From the NCBI GenBank assembly GCA_964016885.1, contig OZ024742.1, forward strand, positions 337,652,001-337,716,000: a stretch of 64,000 bases of DNA, in the 5' to 3' direction. The translations under genes and the position numbers were made by a program. Origin of the DNA: Eledone cirrhosa (taxonomy: Eukaryota). A model generated the notes under the pieces. That model saw nothing but the letters and a program-made list of their open reading frames with translations, was not told where the DNA came from and did no database searches. Below, in pieces: positions 15,900-29,493 of this stretch. How positions within the stretch are numbered: the first letter of the stretch is position 1; the number at the start of each line of letters is the position of its first letter.

Positions 15900-16900
15900 C
15901 GAAACGCCATGGTAGTGTTATTTGTTAATGTTTTTTTTTAATAAATATGATTTACAAAAGAAAGAAATCGACGAAGACACACTTTCAGTTTGGGAATGAT
16001 GGTGTTTCCCCGAAAAAAAATTCAGGCAAGCCAATACATTCACTACATTACTGCAGGTGATAGCGAGGCTGAAGCACTGGAATAGCCAAACATGTATAAC
16101 CTGATACTTCAATAAGGCAAGATGCCAACGATAACAAAAACTATTTTGGGTGATAGATGCAATCCATCACACTGTGTAACACTAACATCTGATCCTTGGG
16201 TCCCTTTAATTGATTCCATTCTGTTGCAAGCATTCAGGTCAGATCTCCCACAAGTCTCAAAAAATAACATGAGTCTTTCCTCTTCTAACTGAATCATAAA
16301 AAAACTCCCTAATGATGTTGAAGGAACCACTGCATTAGCTTGATTGACCTGCTAGAAAACATTGCTGTATCTCCTTTCAATCATATATTAGGAGATATAG
16401 TATTAGGTGTACTGTGCATCAGAAAAAGATGGGGCTATCATAGATGGAATTATATTGAACATAAATGTTCTTTTTTTATGGCCTGGAGGACTATGATAAG
16501 TGAATGTAGACAAAGGACTGAACCTTGGTGGACCCTATATCATATTAAATTCGCCATTGCACTTGCTGCTAACTATCATCTTGCTGACTGCACCTCTGCA
16601 CATGGCTTGCATAGTCTTCAGAAGCCATTCCTCTACTACTAATTTCCTTATCAATGACCAAACAATAGAGTGTAAAACACTGTCAAAGACCTTCAGGTCA
16701 AAGAATGCTTGATGCAGAAGTTTATTTCTAGCTATGTACTTCTGAAGATGATATCAATAGTATAACTTCCTAACATAAAAGCAAACTGCATCTCAACTAT
16801 AATTGTGTTACTAATCAGTTGCGCTGTAACTCTTTCAATAACATTTATGAGCTGATCCATCAACTTAATGCCTCTAAATTTTCCTCACTCTAGTACATCT
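15900..16900 (-). mobile_element. Old, decayed non-LTR RT fragment (possibly CRE-type)
   Basis: Eroded RT-like motifs on the minus strand (AFFDLKVFD, VHQGSVL-like), many stops. Confidence 0.35.
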
Positions 16901-19769
16901 GTTTGCTCTTGAAGCTGTTGATGATGATGCTTGTTACACCAATCAGGGGTATAACACCATCTCTACTACCTGATTGACAATCACATGATATAGTAGTTGT
17001 GTAGGCATCACAACAAAAAGCACCCAGCCCACACTGTAAAGCGGTTGTGTAGGAGTCATGAGAAAAAGCACCCAGTACTCACTGTAAATGAGGTTGGTGC
17101 TAGGGAGGGCATCCAGCTGTAAAAACCAAGCCAAAATCAGTTCTGTATGAGCAAGACATGGTCACCTAACTTGGCATTGCTCACAACAGAATAACTCGTC
17201 CAACCCATGCCGGCAGATAATGGAGCGGGGGACACTGTAAATGTGGTTGGCGTTAGGAAGGGCATCCAGCCGTAGGAAACCAGCCAGAATGTCCTATATG
17301 AGTGAGACATGGTCACCCGACCCAACTTGCCTCAAACGGGACAAACCCGTCTAACCTATACTAGCATGGAAGATAGATGTTAAAGGATGATGATGATTTA
17401 TATATATAATGTTAAACAATGAAAGAAGAAAAATCAGTGAAATTATAATTAATACAAGTTTTTGCAATCGTTTCAGTGAACAAAGTTATTGATGTGCAGA
17501 CTAATTAATGGTTATGCAACTCCATACAAAACTATCATCCTCAAAAAACCCATCTATTTTGATGTCTATCCTTATTATCTTCATTGCTTAACATCTATTT
17601 GCGTGCATGGGTTAGACGGGTTGTCACATTTTGAAGCTAAACCAGTGAAATGACCACGGCTTGCTTATACCTTTTGTATTTGACTTGATTTCTATGGTTA
17701 TATGCCCTTCGTAATACTAACCACTTACATGTACTGGATACATTTTTGTCATTGCACTAGTGCTACCATCTTACAGAGTGGACAGTGATTTTTATCACGG
17801 AATTAATATGACGACCTAACAGAGTTAACTGGGTGTTTTTCTCATGGCACCAATACTACCTGTCACCTTGCAGGGTGGACTGGGTGCTTATCATGGCACC
17901 AATACTACCACTTTCTGTGTTGGCTGGGTACATTTTATTATGTCACTAGCACTGCCTAATTATGACACTAGTGTGTCCGTTGTGTCCTTGACCAGTGCAG
18001 GGAGGCAGTAATGGAAGTGGGGATGTAAAATAAGAGTGGAGGGTAAGCTACATGGTGTTTGTTGAGTGGGGCAGGAAATCCCAGCATGGGAGAGCAAGAA
18101 TCAGGTCATGAAGGTGGCCTTGAAGAGAGTAAGTTGCATCTGGAAGTATATTGTGGAGTAGGCCCAGCTTTCCAAGCTGACAAAGGTTGCACAAGGAAGG
18201 GGGTGAAGGATACAATTGGAGTGAGAACATATTGAAGGGAATAGTTGGGGGAGAGGGGATTGAGGTCGGGGAAGACGGGTGAAGAAGTGGGAAGCATGTT
18301 AACAGGCACTACTCTACATGTTTCACTACTCTACTGTCCCCATGCTCATTTAATTCCACTTATGTGAGGAGGTGAATCGTCATATGGTATATTACCAGTC
18401 AACTCAATCCTGTGTCATCTCCTTCACAAGGTCAGCCTTCATCACATCCCAACTTTTACTATGTCTATCTCTTCTGCAGTTTCCATCAACTTTGAGTTCC
18501 CTGAATCTTTTAATGCAGCTGTCATACTCATGCAGTCTTCTCTCTTGTACACTGCATTTAATCCTGTTAAGTATGACACGTAAAAGAGGGTTTTATAAAA
18601 GCCTTTATTAACGGTATATTACACAATTCATTCCTTGTACTGTTTTCCTCTGCTGACCGGTGGTGCCCTTTCTTGATGGCTGCCTCATCATTTTTGCTCA
18701 CCTCGTGATCTCCTTGTGACTGCACAAGACTTAACCCCAAGAGTTACTTAATACGAAGCACAACAGCTACGACTAGCAGATGACACCAAAATACTAATTA
18801 GCAACTATCACAAATCCCTCTTATGCATAGTTTTTCTTTCAATTCATTAATACTTCATGCAGACTACTATTACAGATTCATTGAAGCATGCTTGCTTCGT
18901 TTCTTTCCAATCTTTGCAGATCCCTTGTTTTCAAGACCAATATCTCACTTCCATGCAGCATTGCCTTTCATCCTGAAAGCGAAACCCTTTGTAGCCAGCA
19001 GAGGTAGTAGCTTTCTGAATATTTTCCACCTGGTTCTCATTCTAGCTTTTGTGCTTTCAGAACATCTCAAAGCTGTTTAAGTCACCTAGACAATGGAAGC
19101 TGTCAACTATTTCTGGAGAGCCATCTAAGCATTTGATAGAGCCTGCTTCATATGAGCTCTTGTTGCTTACTGCTCCTGAGTATCTACGATATACAAAGTT
19201 TACATTTTTTGATAACCTTCCTGATATCCCACTGCACTTTGTGCACCCATAGTGTACATTTTTGTATACTTTATATAATTTCATTCAACTCCTTTTCTGT
19301 ATATTGATCATGGCCATTTCTCTGGTGGAGTCAGAGTGCTAACTTTCCTACTTACCAGGTCTACAGTCTTTGCTAAGTTAACTTTGAGGCCTTTTGATTC
19401 CAGATTTTGCTTCCATAGCTAGAATCTCTTTGCTAGTTCCTCTACAGATTCAACTATGTGAACCATGGCATCTCCATATCGTTCCTATGGTCAGAGTTTT
19501 AAACTCCTCTATTAAGGCCTGGAGGACTATAATAAACAGAAGGGAGCTGAGGACAAAGCCTTGGTGGACCCGGTGGCGTAACTAACCCCCCCGGCTTTCC
19601 TGTCGGTCTAGGTGGGCCCCCTAGGCTATAATTCTAAACACATAGCTTATTACACATGTAATTACGAATCCTTAACTACAACAACGTAAAGAAAACGCTT
19701 AATCTCTAATAAGACTAGAAGTTAAGACCAATCTCTTGTTTATTTAAAAAATATAATATTTCGGATAAA

Positions 19770-20016
19770 ATGGCAACTGCATCTAAAAAAAAGTGTAGAC
19801 AATATTCCATCGAATAAAAACGTTAAATTTTTTTTACTTGCTTTCCCCACATCTTATTTAGTTGAGTCAGGTTTCAGTCAGGTGATGCATCTGCTTTCAA
19901 AAAGTGAAAATCGCCTTGATATAGAAAGAAGAGTTGATTTACGACTCTCTCTAACGGCTTTCACACCAAACATTGACAAATTAGTAGCCTTGCATCAATC
20001 ACAGGGATCTCGTTAA
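19770..20016 (+). pseudogene. Internally deleted Buster/Charlie-type hAT transposase remnant
   Basis: MATASKKKCRQYSIE (Buster-type N-terminus) joined to LLAFPTSYLVESGFSQVMHLLSKSENRLDIERRVDLRLSLTAFTPNIDKLVALHQSQGSR* (Buster-type C-terminus). Confidence 0.75.
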
Positions 20017-20769
20017 AAACCGATTATTATATTCTTTGATTTGTAAATATAAATAAATGATTTGATATCTAAATTCTATATTATTCTATTTGCTTGAAAT
20101 GTTGTAATACATGGTTTTTAACCTAATATTTAATTAAAAGTATAATTATGCATGAGTATATACACACAAATATATATATCTATATATTGTGTGTATATAT
20201 AGAAAAAATATATATATTTTTATTTATGTTGTTACTTTTTATCATTAGTCACATTTTAGAACAATTTGGTATTTGCGACATTTCCTGGACTTTTGCTCTA
20301 TGTTTTGTTTTTCGTTGATTATTTGACGTGTTTTACATTCTTCGGTGTTGAATATCAAATAAAGCAAATTGCATTATTCCAAGTATGTCAATATAGTGCT
20401 CATTGTGGGTATGGTGTGGTGTGTAGTGGCCGGAGGCTGGGCGTGCTTGACCGGAAGTGTGCTCGACCGGAAGGGCGAGCAGATGTGACGTCAGCTTGAG
20501 AGGCCCTTTTCTCTTCTACGGCGGTCATTGGAGTGAGACAGACGTGCAATTTGAGGCTGCGATCGGCGAGTTGGATTGTACACACGTGGAAGAGAGGAAA
20601 ACCAGCCAACGACTTTGCCAGGACCAGAGAAATGCGGTAAGTGAAGTGGCTTTCTAATCACAAGCTATTTCGGCACTTTTAAAAACTTATAGAAGAAAAA
20701 AAATGAAAAAGGAAGAATTTTTTTTAAGACAAAGCCACTGGAAAACTGTCAATATAGTGCTCATTAACA

Positions 20770-23484
20770 ATGCTGCCTAAAAAAAACTTACAAAACTGGA
20801 GCAACAAAGAGGAGAGAAGCTAGACAAGCTACCACGGAAGAATCTGCAAAGAAATGTCATTCATCTAATCACAAGTTTTCTGAAAAGTCAACAGTCTTCG
20901 TCAACAAGTAGTGACGCATCCCAAAGCAACGTAACTGCCGGAATTTCCGGCGAGTCGGTCTGGTCAGATGAACTGGAGAAACAGAAAAGCACTGGAGAGT
21001 CGCGAGAACCTGACGTCGAAGATGCCTCAGGTCCATCGACTATCTCAACAACCATCACTGAAGATGTAGTTCCAACTGGGGATCCGAACTCAATAGAGGG
21101 AAAAATGGCTGTATCGGAATCTGAAAATGAAAATGATTCAGAGGAAACTACATTGGCAAAACAAATCCCAGAGTATGAGCCTGTAGAATGCATGTTGAAT
21201 TTACAAGAGAAGTATCCAAGCGACCCGAAACATTTCGAAGACAGACCATTGACGACACCTCTAATTCGTGCCCTCATGGCCGTTGGTCCTTGTCAGCCAG
21301 GATTGAAAGATAATTTTGCTGATTTCCCTCTCGACTCGAACCACAGAAAATTCAACATCAGTTGGTACAAGAGAAAGTGTGCTGGAATCCATAAAGTTAA
21401 CCGACACTGGTTAGCATACTCTCCTGAATCCAACAGATTATATTGCTTTTGTTGTTGGCTGTTTGCTGATAAAAATGCCGAATCTTACTCGAAGACTTGG
21501 GGTAATCCAGAGTGGTGGATGGCAAACTTCAAAAAGGGAATCGAAAAAATTGCCAAGCATGAGAAAAGTGCCATTCACATCAATGCACAAAAGCAATACT
21601 TCATGACAAAATATCGTTTGGACGCAGATAAAACAGTGATCGATAACCTCATCCATGAAGAGAAGAAGCGAATTGAACAAAATCGCCAGATATTGAGGCT
21701 ATTGCTTGATTGTACGTTATTTCTCACAAAACAAGGCCTGGCCTTCAGAGGTCACAGGGAATATGCTGGACTTGGCGCCAAATCAGAAAATGAAGGAAAC
21801 TTTATTGAATTTAAATTGATGGCCAAGTATGATACGATCTTGGAAATCCATTTATTCTCGCCTGGGCGCACTAAAAGACAGTCTATGTACTTAAGTCCAA
21901 AATTACAAAACGGATTTATAGAATACCTGGCAAACGAATGTACTCAACAAATAATCACGGAAGTGAAAGCGGCAAAATACTATTCAGTCATCGTCGATTC
22001 CACAATAGACATTTCGCATCAGGATCAATGCTCTGTGTCACTGCGATATGTATCGAAAAGTGGCCACACACAGGAGCATTTCCTGTCGTTTTGTGAACTA
22101 GAATCAGCAGCCACTGAATCATTTTACGATACGCTTGTGAAAGTTCTTTTCCAGGATCTATCCTTGGATGCTCAATATATTAGGGGACAAGCTTACGACG
22201 GAGCGTCGAATATGTCCGGCCATATTACTGGGCTTCAGGCTAGAGTTAAAGAGGGATGCTCTTCGAAAGCTGTTTACGTCCATTGTTGCACTCATAACCT
22301 GAACCTGGTGTTAATCGATGCTAGCCAATCGTCAGTGGATGGTAAATTATTTTTTGGTATATTGGAGAGCCTGTATGTTTTCTTAACATCAAGCTTGCCA
22401 AGGCTGAAAATCCTCGAAGAAGAACAAGAAAACTATTGGCTTCAACGGTATTAACATTAAAAAGACTCTCAGATACCCGCTGGTTTAATCACATTCAGGC
22501 CGTAGAGGCTACCATTAACAACTTACCGGCAGTAATAAGTGCACTAGAGAGGATAATAAGTGGGGATGTTCACAACACTGCTCCGAAAGTATTAGCCAAG
22601 GCCAGAGGTTCGCTACTAAATGTGAACAAGTTTGAATTCATTTTCATGTTGAAGTTTTTTCAGAATTTACTTAAAAAGCTGCATTCTGTTTCACGATATT
22701 TGCAGAAGGAGGCTATCGACTTATATTCCGCGGACGTCATGATTAAAAATGTAGTAAAAGAAATTGAAGACATCCGCTCAAATGAATATTTTGACCGAAC
22801 ATTATCAGACGCTAAAAATATCGCCAAGCAATGTCAAGTTGAACCAGAGTTTACAACAGAAAAATGGAAAAGAAAAAAGAAGCATTTTCATGACGAAAAT
22901 GCCAGTGATGAACCTCATGAGATGATGAGTCAGCATTTTAAACGGGGCGTTTATTTCACTATCTTAGATAGAATCATTAGTAGCTTTAACAAACGTTTTG
23001 CCGACTTGCACGATCTAGTGAAGGATTTTTCGTGCTTGATACCGGCGCACTTCAACGACGACGACACATGCAATAGAGAGAGAATCGATAATCTTATGAA
23101 ATTCTACGAGGGTGACATCGAAAATGACACTATCTTCGACGAGTATTTTCATTCAAAGATTTTTACAAGGAAGTGTGTTTAGATAAATCCATATCGAGTT
23201 CTGAGATTGTTCCGTTTATGATTTCTAATGACTTAGATAGAGCCTATCCGAACGTGTTTGCCTTATACAAAATGTTCATAACTATTCCGGTTAGCTCGGC
23301 GCAGGCTGAGCGAACCTTCAGCAGGCTCAAACTGATAAAGTATTATTTGCGTAGTACCATGAGTGAAGAGTGGTTGAATGCTCTGGCAATGATGTACATA
23401 GAGCGAGAACTGGCTGAAAAAATTGACTTCAGCATCGTGATTGAAAAATTTTCTAAAGTAAAACATCGCAAATTAGGTCTGTAG
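20770..23484 (+). pseudogene. ZMYM1/P52rIPK-like hAT transposase (TTF-type zinc finger, DUF4371, C-terminal dimerisation domain), frameshifted
   Basis: Motifs WLAYS..LYCFCC, QGLAFRGH, EGNF, VDSTIDIS, GQAYDGASNMSG, VHCCTHNLNL, LSDTRW, PVSSAQAERTFSRLKLIKYYLRSTM, over three consecutive ORFs (21105-22454, 22436-23182, 23173-23484). The start at 20770 is inferred. Confidence 0.9.
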
Positions 23485-24491
23485 AACAAGTGATGTGCTC
23501 GAATGTGAAAGTAAAGTTTTAGATGGACGATTTGTTGTACATACGAATTTTTGTTGGTGAATAATCGATTGCAAAACTAGTTTTATTGGATGTTGTTTTT
23601 TTTCTGAAGATAGACCACCGTCTTCGCAGTTAATAAAGTTTTCATGGAACATGCTAACTCTGTAATCTATGATGCTGTCTACTCTATTATAAATTATTAT
23701 CTATTCTATATGCGTGTATGAACATATTTCCTTGCAGCCGATGGAAATGAGCGTATGGAATAGGTGGGCCCCCTTTAGATCGAATTTGCCTCCCTGGCTT
23801 TAAAAGCTAGTTACGCCACTGGGTGGACCCCCACCTGCATGACCAACTCATCACTATACTCATTAATTCTAATCTTGCTGACTGCTTGTACAGTGCACAC
23901 CAGCCACTCATCTTCACCTAGTTTCCTAAGAATCTACCAAGGTAGCATAAGCTATCAACTACTTCTATGGAACTTTCCTGAGAATGGAAAACGTTTTTCA
24001 TTTTACTGATGCTCTTACTACTAACTATCCCTGTATATCTGCTACATACAAAGTTTACCTTTTCTGTTAGTCTACCTGCTATCCCACTACACCTCACATG
24101 TACCCAAAATTTACATTCTGTACTTTGTATTGAGTTACTACCTACTCTTTTTCTACGTATTGAGCAGGAATTTCTTCTTTAGAACCAGATCATCAGCATA
24201 CAGAAGTTCCCATGGACAACCTGTCTTAAACGTTTATTTTAAGTGGTACCATTCCTACAATAATTTTCTTTAGACATTAAATAACATTATACATAACAAA
24301 AAAAATATATTACTAGAAATCCCTGGTTTTAAAAAAAATCAATGAAGACAACTTAGAAAAATTACCGACCACACTGCTTATTCCAGCCCACCCTATTATG
24401 ATTTACAAAAAAAAAAACAAAAAAAAACTAATCAATAAAAATTATCCAGAGAAAAAACAAATGAGAGAAAAGAGAATTAATACTAGTTTAA

Positions 24492-24686
24492 CCCTTTAGC
24501 ATTTACATTACTCTATATATACTATTGTATTTTCGCCATAAAGGCTTTACTTCACATAATATCGAATCTATGAGATTTTGATATTTATTTTGAGAATAAT
24601 ACCTTAACATAAGTTTGAGCAGCCAGTTATTGCTGGTTTGAACAGAAAGAAGTGAGAGAATTCTGGCATGTTTAAATGCTAAAGAG
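24492..24686. mobile_element. piggyBac-like MITE
   Basis: TIR CCCTTTAGCATTTA / TAAATGCTAAAGAG with TTAA on both sides. Confidence 0.75.
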
Positions 24687-25486
24687 TTAAGGCACAGAAT
24701 ACTATCACAAAGCAACTAGACCTCCTACATGTTATAATGAGGTGATTCACACTCACTACTCTTTTACTGGTTTCAGTCATTAAACTGCAATCATGCTGGG
24801 ACACTACCACTATGAAGGGATTTAGTGGATTATATCAACTCCAGTACCTTTTTTTTTTTCAAGTCTAATACTTATTTTATCAATCTCCCTTTGTTGACCT
24901 GGCAAATCATGGGACATACAAACACATATCTCAACAGCATGAAATGTAAAGTGGATTGTAGTGGCTTTGAACTTAGAACATAAAAGGACATAAACGGTAC
25001 AACACAACCAATGCTATAGAAACAACAGAACAACTCTTAAAAAGTAAACAACACAAGGTTCTACTTCCAACACCCAATATTACAAATATATGTGTTGGCC
25101 TCGTGCCTAAATCAGAAACCAATGTTACAAGTATATGTATCACCGTTATTTCTTAAGTTAACAGTGTATTGGCAGAATAAGTAGAGTGTCGGACAAAATT
25201 CTTTGAGGTATAGTTATGACTTTCCATATTCTACTTTCTAGTCCTATTTCTAACATTGGAACAAGGGAAAATTAATTGTATCACCCCCAGTATTTATTTT
25301 AGTACTTTATTTTATTGATCTCAGAAATTAACTTCGGCAGGATTTGAATTCAGAATGTAAAGAGTCGGAACAAATGCTGCTAAGCATTTGTTCCACGCTC
25401 TAACGACCCTGCCTTTATGGTACTCAGTAATAAAAGCACAGGAAAATATGGTACAACAAAATAAAAATAATTGAAAACAAAATAAT

Positions 25487-25676
25487 AATTGTTTCTACTT
25501 TTTGGCACAAGGCCAGCAATTACACAGTGCATTACTGGTACTTTATTTTATCGACCCCGTAAGGATGAAAGGCAAAGTTAACCTCGGCGGGATTTGAACT
25601 CAGATCATAAAGGGACGTAACTCTATGCTTCAAAGCATGGTGTTCGACTCTCTACCGATACTGCCAATCCACCGAT
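25487..25676 (-). mobile_element. tRNA-derived SINE (Meta/MESC-like core)
   Basis: A-box and B-box (GAGTTCAAATCC) head; core CTTTGCCTTTCATCCTTACGGGGTCGATAAAATAAAGTACCAG shared with other copies in the window. Confidence 0.8.
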
Positions 25677-25769
25677 GAAAGTTATTGTGTACAGAGCTCA
25701 GCTTATTTTAACCAAAGTAATGCAATGAAAGCATTTTGTATTGAGATTAATATTAAACGGTATTATAAT

Positions 25770-26060
25770 TGAATACATATCTGTGGAGACATCCGGCGTT
25801 CTTGGGTCCCGGACCATATCCCTACCCACTGCTATCGGAGCGGAGCTGGTCATCTGCAGGTGCGAGACCCATGAGGTGGAGTGGCTGTTCCAGCGCATCT
25901 CCCTCGCTATCCTCCAGGGTGATGTATTCTCTACTCTGTCGGCCAGGATCCAGAAGTGCAGGATAAGTTAATAGGAGGTGGAGGATACTCGTTCGGGCGT
26001 CACCTTCTCTCTATTTCTATATGTAAGCATAGTTTGAATCAATTGTTTAATAAACTCATT
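25770..26060 (+). mobile_element. 3' end of a CRE-type (RLE) non-LTR element
   Basis: ISVETSGVLG...WLFQRISLAILQG, similar to the end of the 32910-33423 ORF. AATAAA follows. Confidence 0.65.
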
Positions 26061-27112
26061 TGTGATAATTTTAAAAAAAATTAACTACATTATGTCTGAT
26101 CAATGTTATAATATGATGGATTTTTCATTCGATATTTTATTTTTAATAAACTGATATTTTAGTTGTGTTATTGTCATTACCTAAAAAATATATCTATATG
26201 TACCTTATCAGCGCATATTCTTAAAGTTCCGTCGGCCTTCCTAATCTATACAACTGGGAGAAACTTTCGTCACTCATCAATGGATCTTCGACGAAATAAA
26301 CATGTAAATGACTAAGCATTCCAAAGACACGTGTACCCTTGTCATAATTGTTAGGGATGTAACGGAATATTATGTGTGGTTGTAACGACAAGTGGATGGA
26401 TGGATGTAACTGTTGGTATGGTGGTTTCGGTGTAGAGAAAAATACCAGGAGTGTTGTTACAAAGTTTATTTTATTACAACAATATTCAATTTGAATATTG
26501 AATGATAAAATAATTGACACAAAATATTCATACAATAATTTGGTGGCTCTTCGAGCCACGTAAATTCAAATATCACAGAATACGATTATAATACATATTA
26601 TAATCATATGTGTAAACAGAAATGAATGGTGCGTGTACAAATGCTGGACTCACTATGAATGCGTGTGTGCGGCGTATCAGTATATTTACTTATTTGTATT
26701 GCAGGAGTCAGCGATCAGCCAGGAAGGTGAGAATAAATGGTAGACTGGTTTTTCGTGACGAGAGCCTGTAAAAACGTCCCGTCTTGTCTGTATCCACTTC
26801 TTTTCCGGTTTTTGGCGTAAACAATCCCTGTCTTTATAAGAGTTGAAGTTAGAAGGATAGATATATCCTCTGAACTTTGGTTAGTCTCCCAAGGGATTAG
26901 TTTGCCAAGCGTAAACAAGTCAGAAAGATGGATATATCCTCTGACCTATTTTCTGTCAGGCGTAAACACCTCTGACCTGTGTTTAGCCTCTCCCAAGGGG
27001 TTAGTCTCCTGAGCGTAAACAAGTTACCACGGCTTGTCCCAGAGGCGGGAAAGCTCAGATTCGGTTTCGAATCTTCGCCGCCGTTATAGAGAGAATAATG
27101 GCCTTTTGAGTT

Positions 27113-29263
27113 ACAAGGCCCTTAGCGCTTCACTTTTCTTCTTGCATGCATTCTTTTGTTCAATTTTTTCATTGATGTGCTCTCTTTAAGCGTTTTCTTG
27201 CTAATTCAATATTATGTATCGCTTTCCAGGCTAAATAGGGGGTATTGTAGTGACCTACATTCTGAGGACTCATGGATACATTCTCCATGCGTTGTTTGGC
27301 TCAGTTCAGCCAATCGCTACCAGCGTAGGGAGATGTATCTCAACTTCCGCCCAGAGGGAAAAATTCCCGCTTCTTTTCGAAAAACTCTCTGGTGCATCTC
27401 GACACCAGAAGGTAAACATCTCTTGATTTTGTTCCTCAACAAACATTCCTAAATGTAGCTACCAGAATTCTCCGCGGCCTTGGTCTCTTATTTCAGCCAC
27501 TTAACCGCGTCTAAATTTACAGCATCTTAATTTGTTTTATTTCGTTTCTTATGACATGTCCTCACAGCTAACTCAACTCATCTTTGTAAATAAATTATAT
27601 ATAAAAAAATGTTGTAATGCCTTATGATGATATTTGCCACAACATTCCTTTGGACTGCTTCTTTGGTGACTTCTGTGATACAATATTCTGTGATCAACAC
27701 AACATATATCCATCTACCTATTAACTATCCTCTTAAACAATTTCTAAATTGGTGACCCAGCTGCGGGAACTAAATGTTGCCCTAAAAAAAAAAAAGTAGT
27801 AGTATTATTAAAAAGAGAACACGCAAGCTTTCTTGTATTGTATCAACACCATGTAAAAACTGTTTTGTTGATAACAGCACAACACGTGGTTTAACTTCAA
27901 TGAACCCGCCTGAGAAAACATTATTTGAGAAAAAATTTAGCTGTATTTTAAAAAGTCACAGTACAAGGAAATTTTTTTTTTAAATATGGCTACCATCAAC
28001 TATCAACAGAATCAGCAGCAGCAACATATGGTTAACCACTAACCAACAGGGAATAACGATGTTGTAGCTTTATAGCCTCTCCAACGCAACCACCACACCT
28101 TCTGACCATCAATTATTTACTGTGACTTCGCTTCGAAGCATAACAACCTCAATCTTGTTACTTTACCCGACTCACTGGGAAAGCATTCATAGAACTGGAC
28201 CTGTCAGCAGTTCCCACCATTTCTCTGATGGACTCGCCAGAACTTACAGGATTACAGCTTCAACTACTACACTCCTACAGATTCAACTTGCTTTCTTTTT
28301 CAAAGCAACTTTAGCCATTTTTTCTGGCTGTCAAGCACTTTCGGCAATTCATCTGGAAGGCTGACAATTTCTCGCCTACCCATCATCTCCTGCCATAACA
28401 ACTGTACAGCTCTGGTAAAGCATGAACAGCACCAACATTGACAACAGCTACTGGTAAACTACCATAACAACTTCATCCACAGCTCTGGTACAACACTTAC
28501 CATAACAGCTACACAGCTCTACATTTAATGCAAGAACAGCAACTTTGCCCATGTCAGACTTTATCCGTTTTCTGTTAGACTCCGGGTAGTCACGTTTAAA
28601 TACCAAAACAGCTAGTCATTTGACACAGCGGCTCAACAAGGCCCTTAGCGCTTCACTTTTCTTCTTGCATGAATTCTTTTGTTCAATTTTTTCATTGATG
28701 TGCTCTCTTTCAGCGTTTTCCTGCTAATTCAATATTATGTATCGCTTTCCAGGCTAAATAGGGGGTATTGTAGTAACCTACATTCTGAGGGCTCATGGAT
28801 ACATTCTCCATGCGTTGTTTGGCTCAGTTCAGCCAATCGCTACCAGCGTAGGGAGATATATCTCAACTTCCGCTCAGAGGGAAAAATTCCCGCTTCTTTT
28901 CGAAAAACTCTCTCTTGCATCTCGACACCAGAAGGTAAACATCTCTTGATTTTGTTCCTCAACAAACATTCCAAAATGTAGCTACCAGAATTCTCCGCGG
29001 CCTTGGTCTCTTATTTCAGCCACTTGACCGCGTCTAAATATATAGCATCTTAATTTGTTTTATTTCGTTTCTTATGACATGTCCTCACAGCTAACTCAAC
29101 TTCTCATCTTTGTAAATAAATTATATATCAAAAAATGCTGTAATGCCTTATGATGATATTTGCTACAACATTCCTTTGGTCTACTTCTGTGATACAAGAC
29201 ATACATTCTCAACACAACATATATCCATCTACCTATTAACTATCCTCTTAAACTTCTTCTAAA
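27113..29263 (+). mobile_element. Non-autonomous LTR-like element (~630-bp direct repeats 27113-27748 and 28636-29263)
   Basis: Near-identical direct repeats. PBS TGGTGACCC at 27750. Non-coding interior whose leader resembles 29889-29980. Confidence 0.7.
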
Positions 29264-29493
29264 GGATCGAACCTAGGACCTTATGATTGCGAAGCGAACT
29301 CCTTAACCAATCGACTGCTTCATCCATCCGTGCCCATAAATTCTAGCCAAGTTAATTCAATATTTACATGTTTTAAGATTAATTGGAATAGACGTGACAG
29401 GGTACAACAGTCTGTGTCTCGTCTCTAGATGGCAATGAAGCACTGTGATTTTTAAAAAATAATTTCGAAAATAATCAAGAATTTAGAAAGATT

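Larger units (their letters stand above)
19571..23821 (+). mobile_element. Full-length hAT DNA transposon (4251 bp)
   Basis: TIRs CGGTGGCGTAACTA and TAGTTACGCCACTG. Perfect 8-bp TSD GGTGGACC at 19563-19570 and 23822-23829. Internal transposase. Confidence 0.95.
18330..24230 (-). mobile_element. Decayed RTE LINE split by the hAT insertion (pieces ~18330-19570 and ~23822-24230)
   Basis: Homology to the 56911-59910 ORF (IVDSFHCLGD, GVHQG.VLS.LLF). The GVHQG motif is the one cut by the transposon. Confidence 0.75.

Noticed and set aside
21105-23484. Domesticated ZMYM1/THAP12-like host gene
   Set aside because: Intronless, frameshifted and bounded by TIRs with a TSD, so it is a transposon.
27156-28981. 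Duplicated ~100-aa ORFs as a tandem gene pair
   Set aside because: They lie within the direct repeats, start at TTG and show no recognisable domain.
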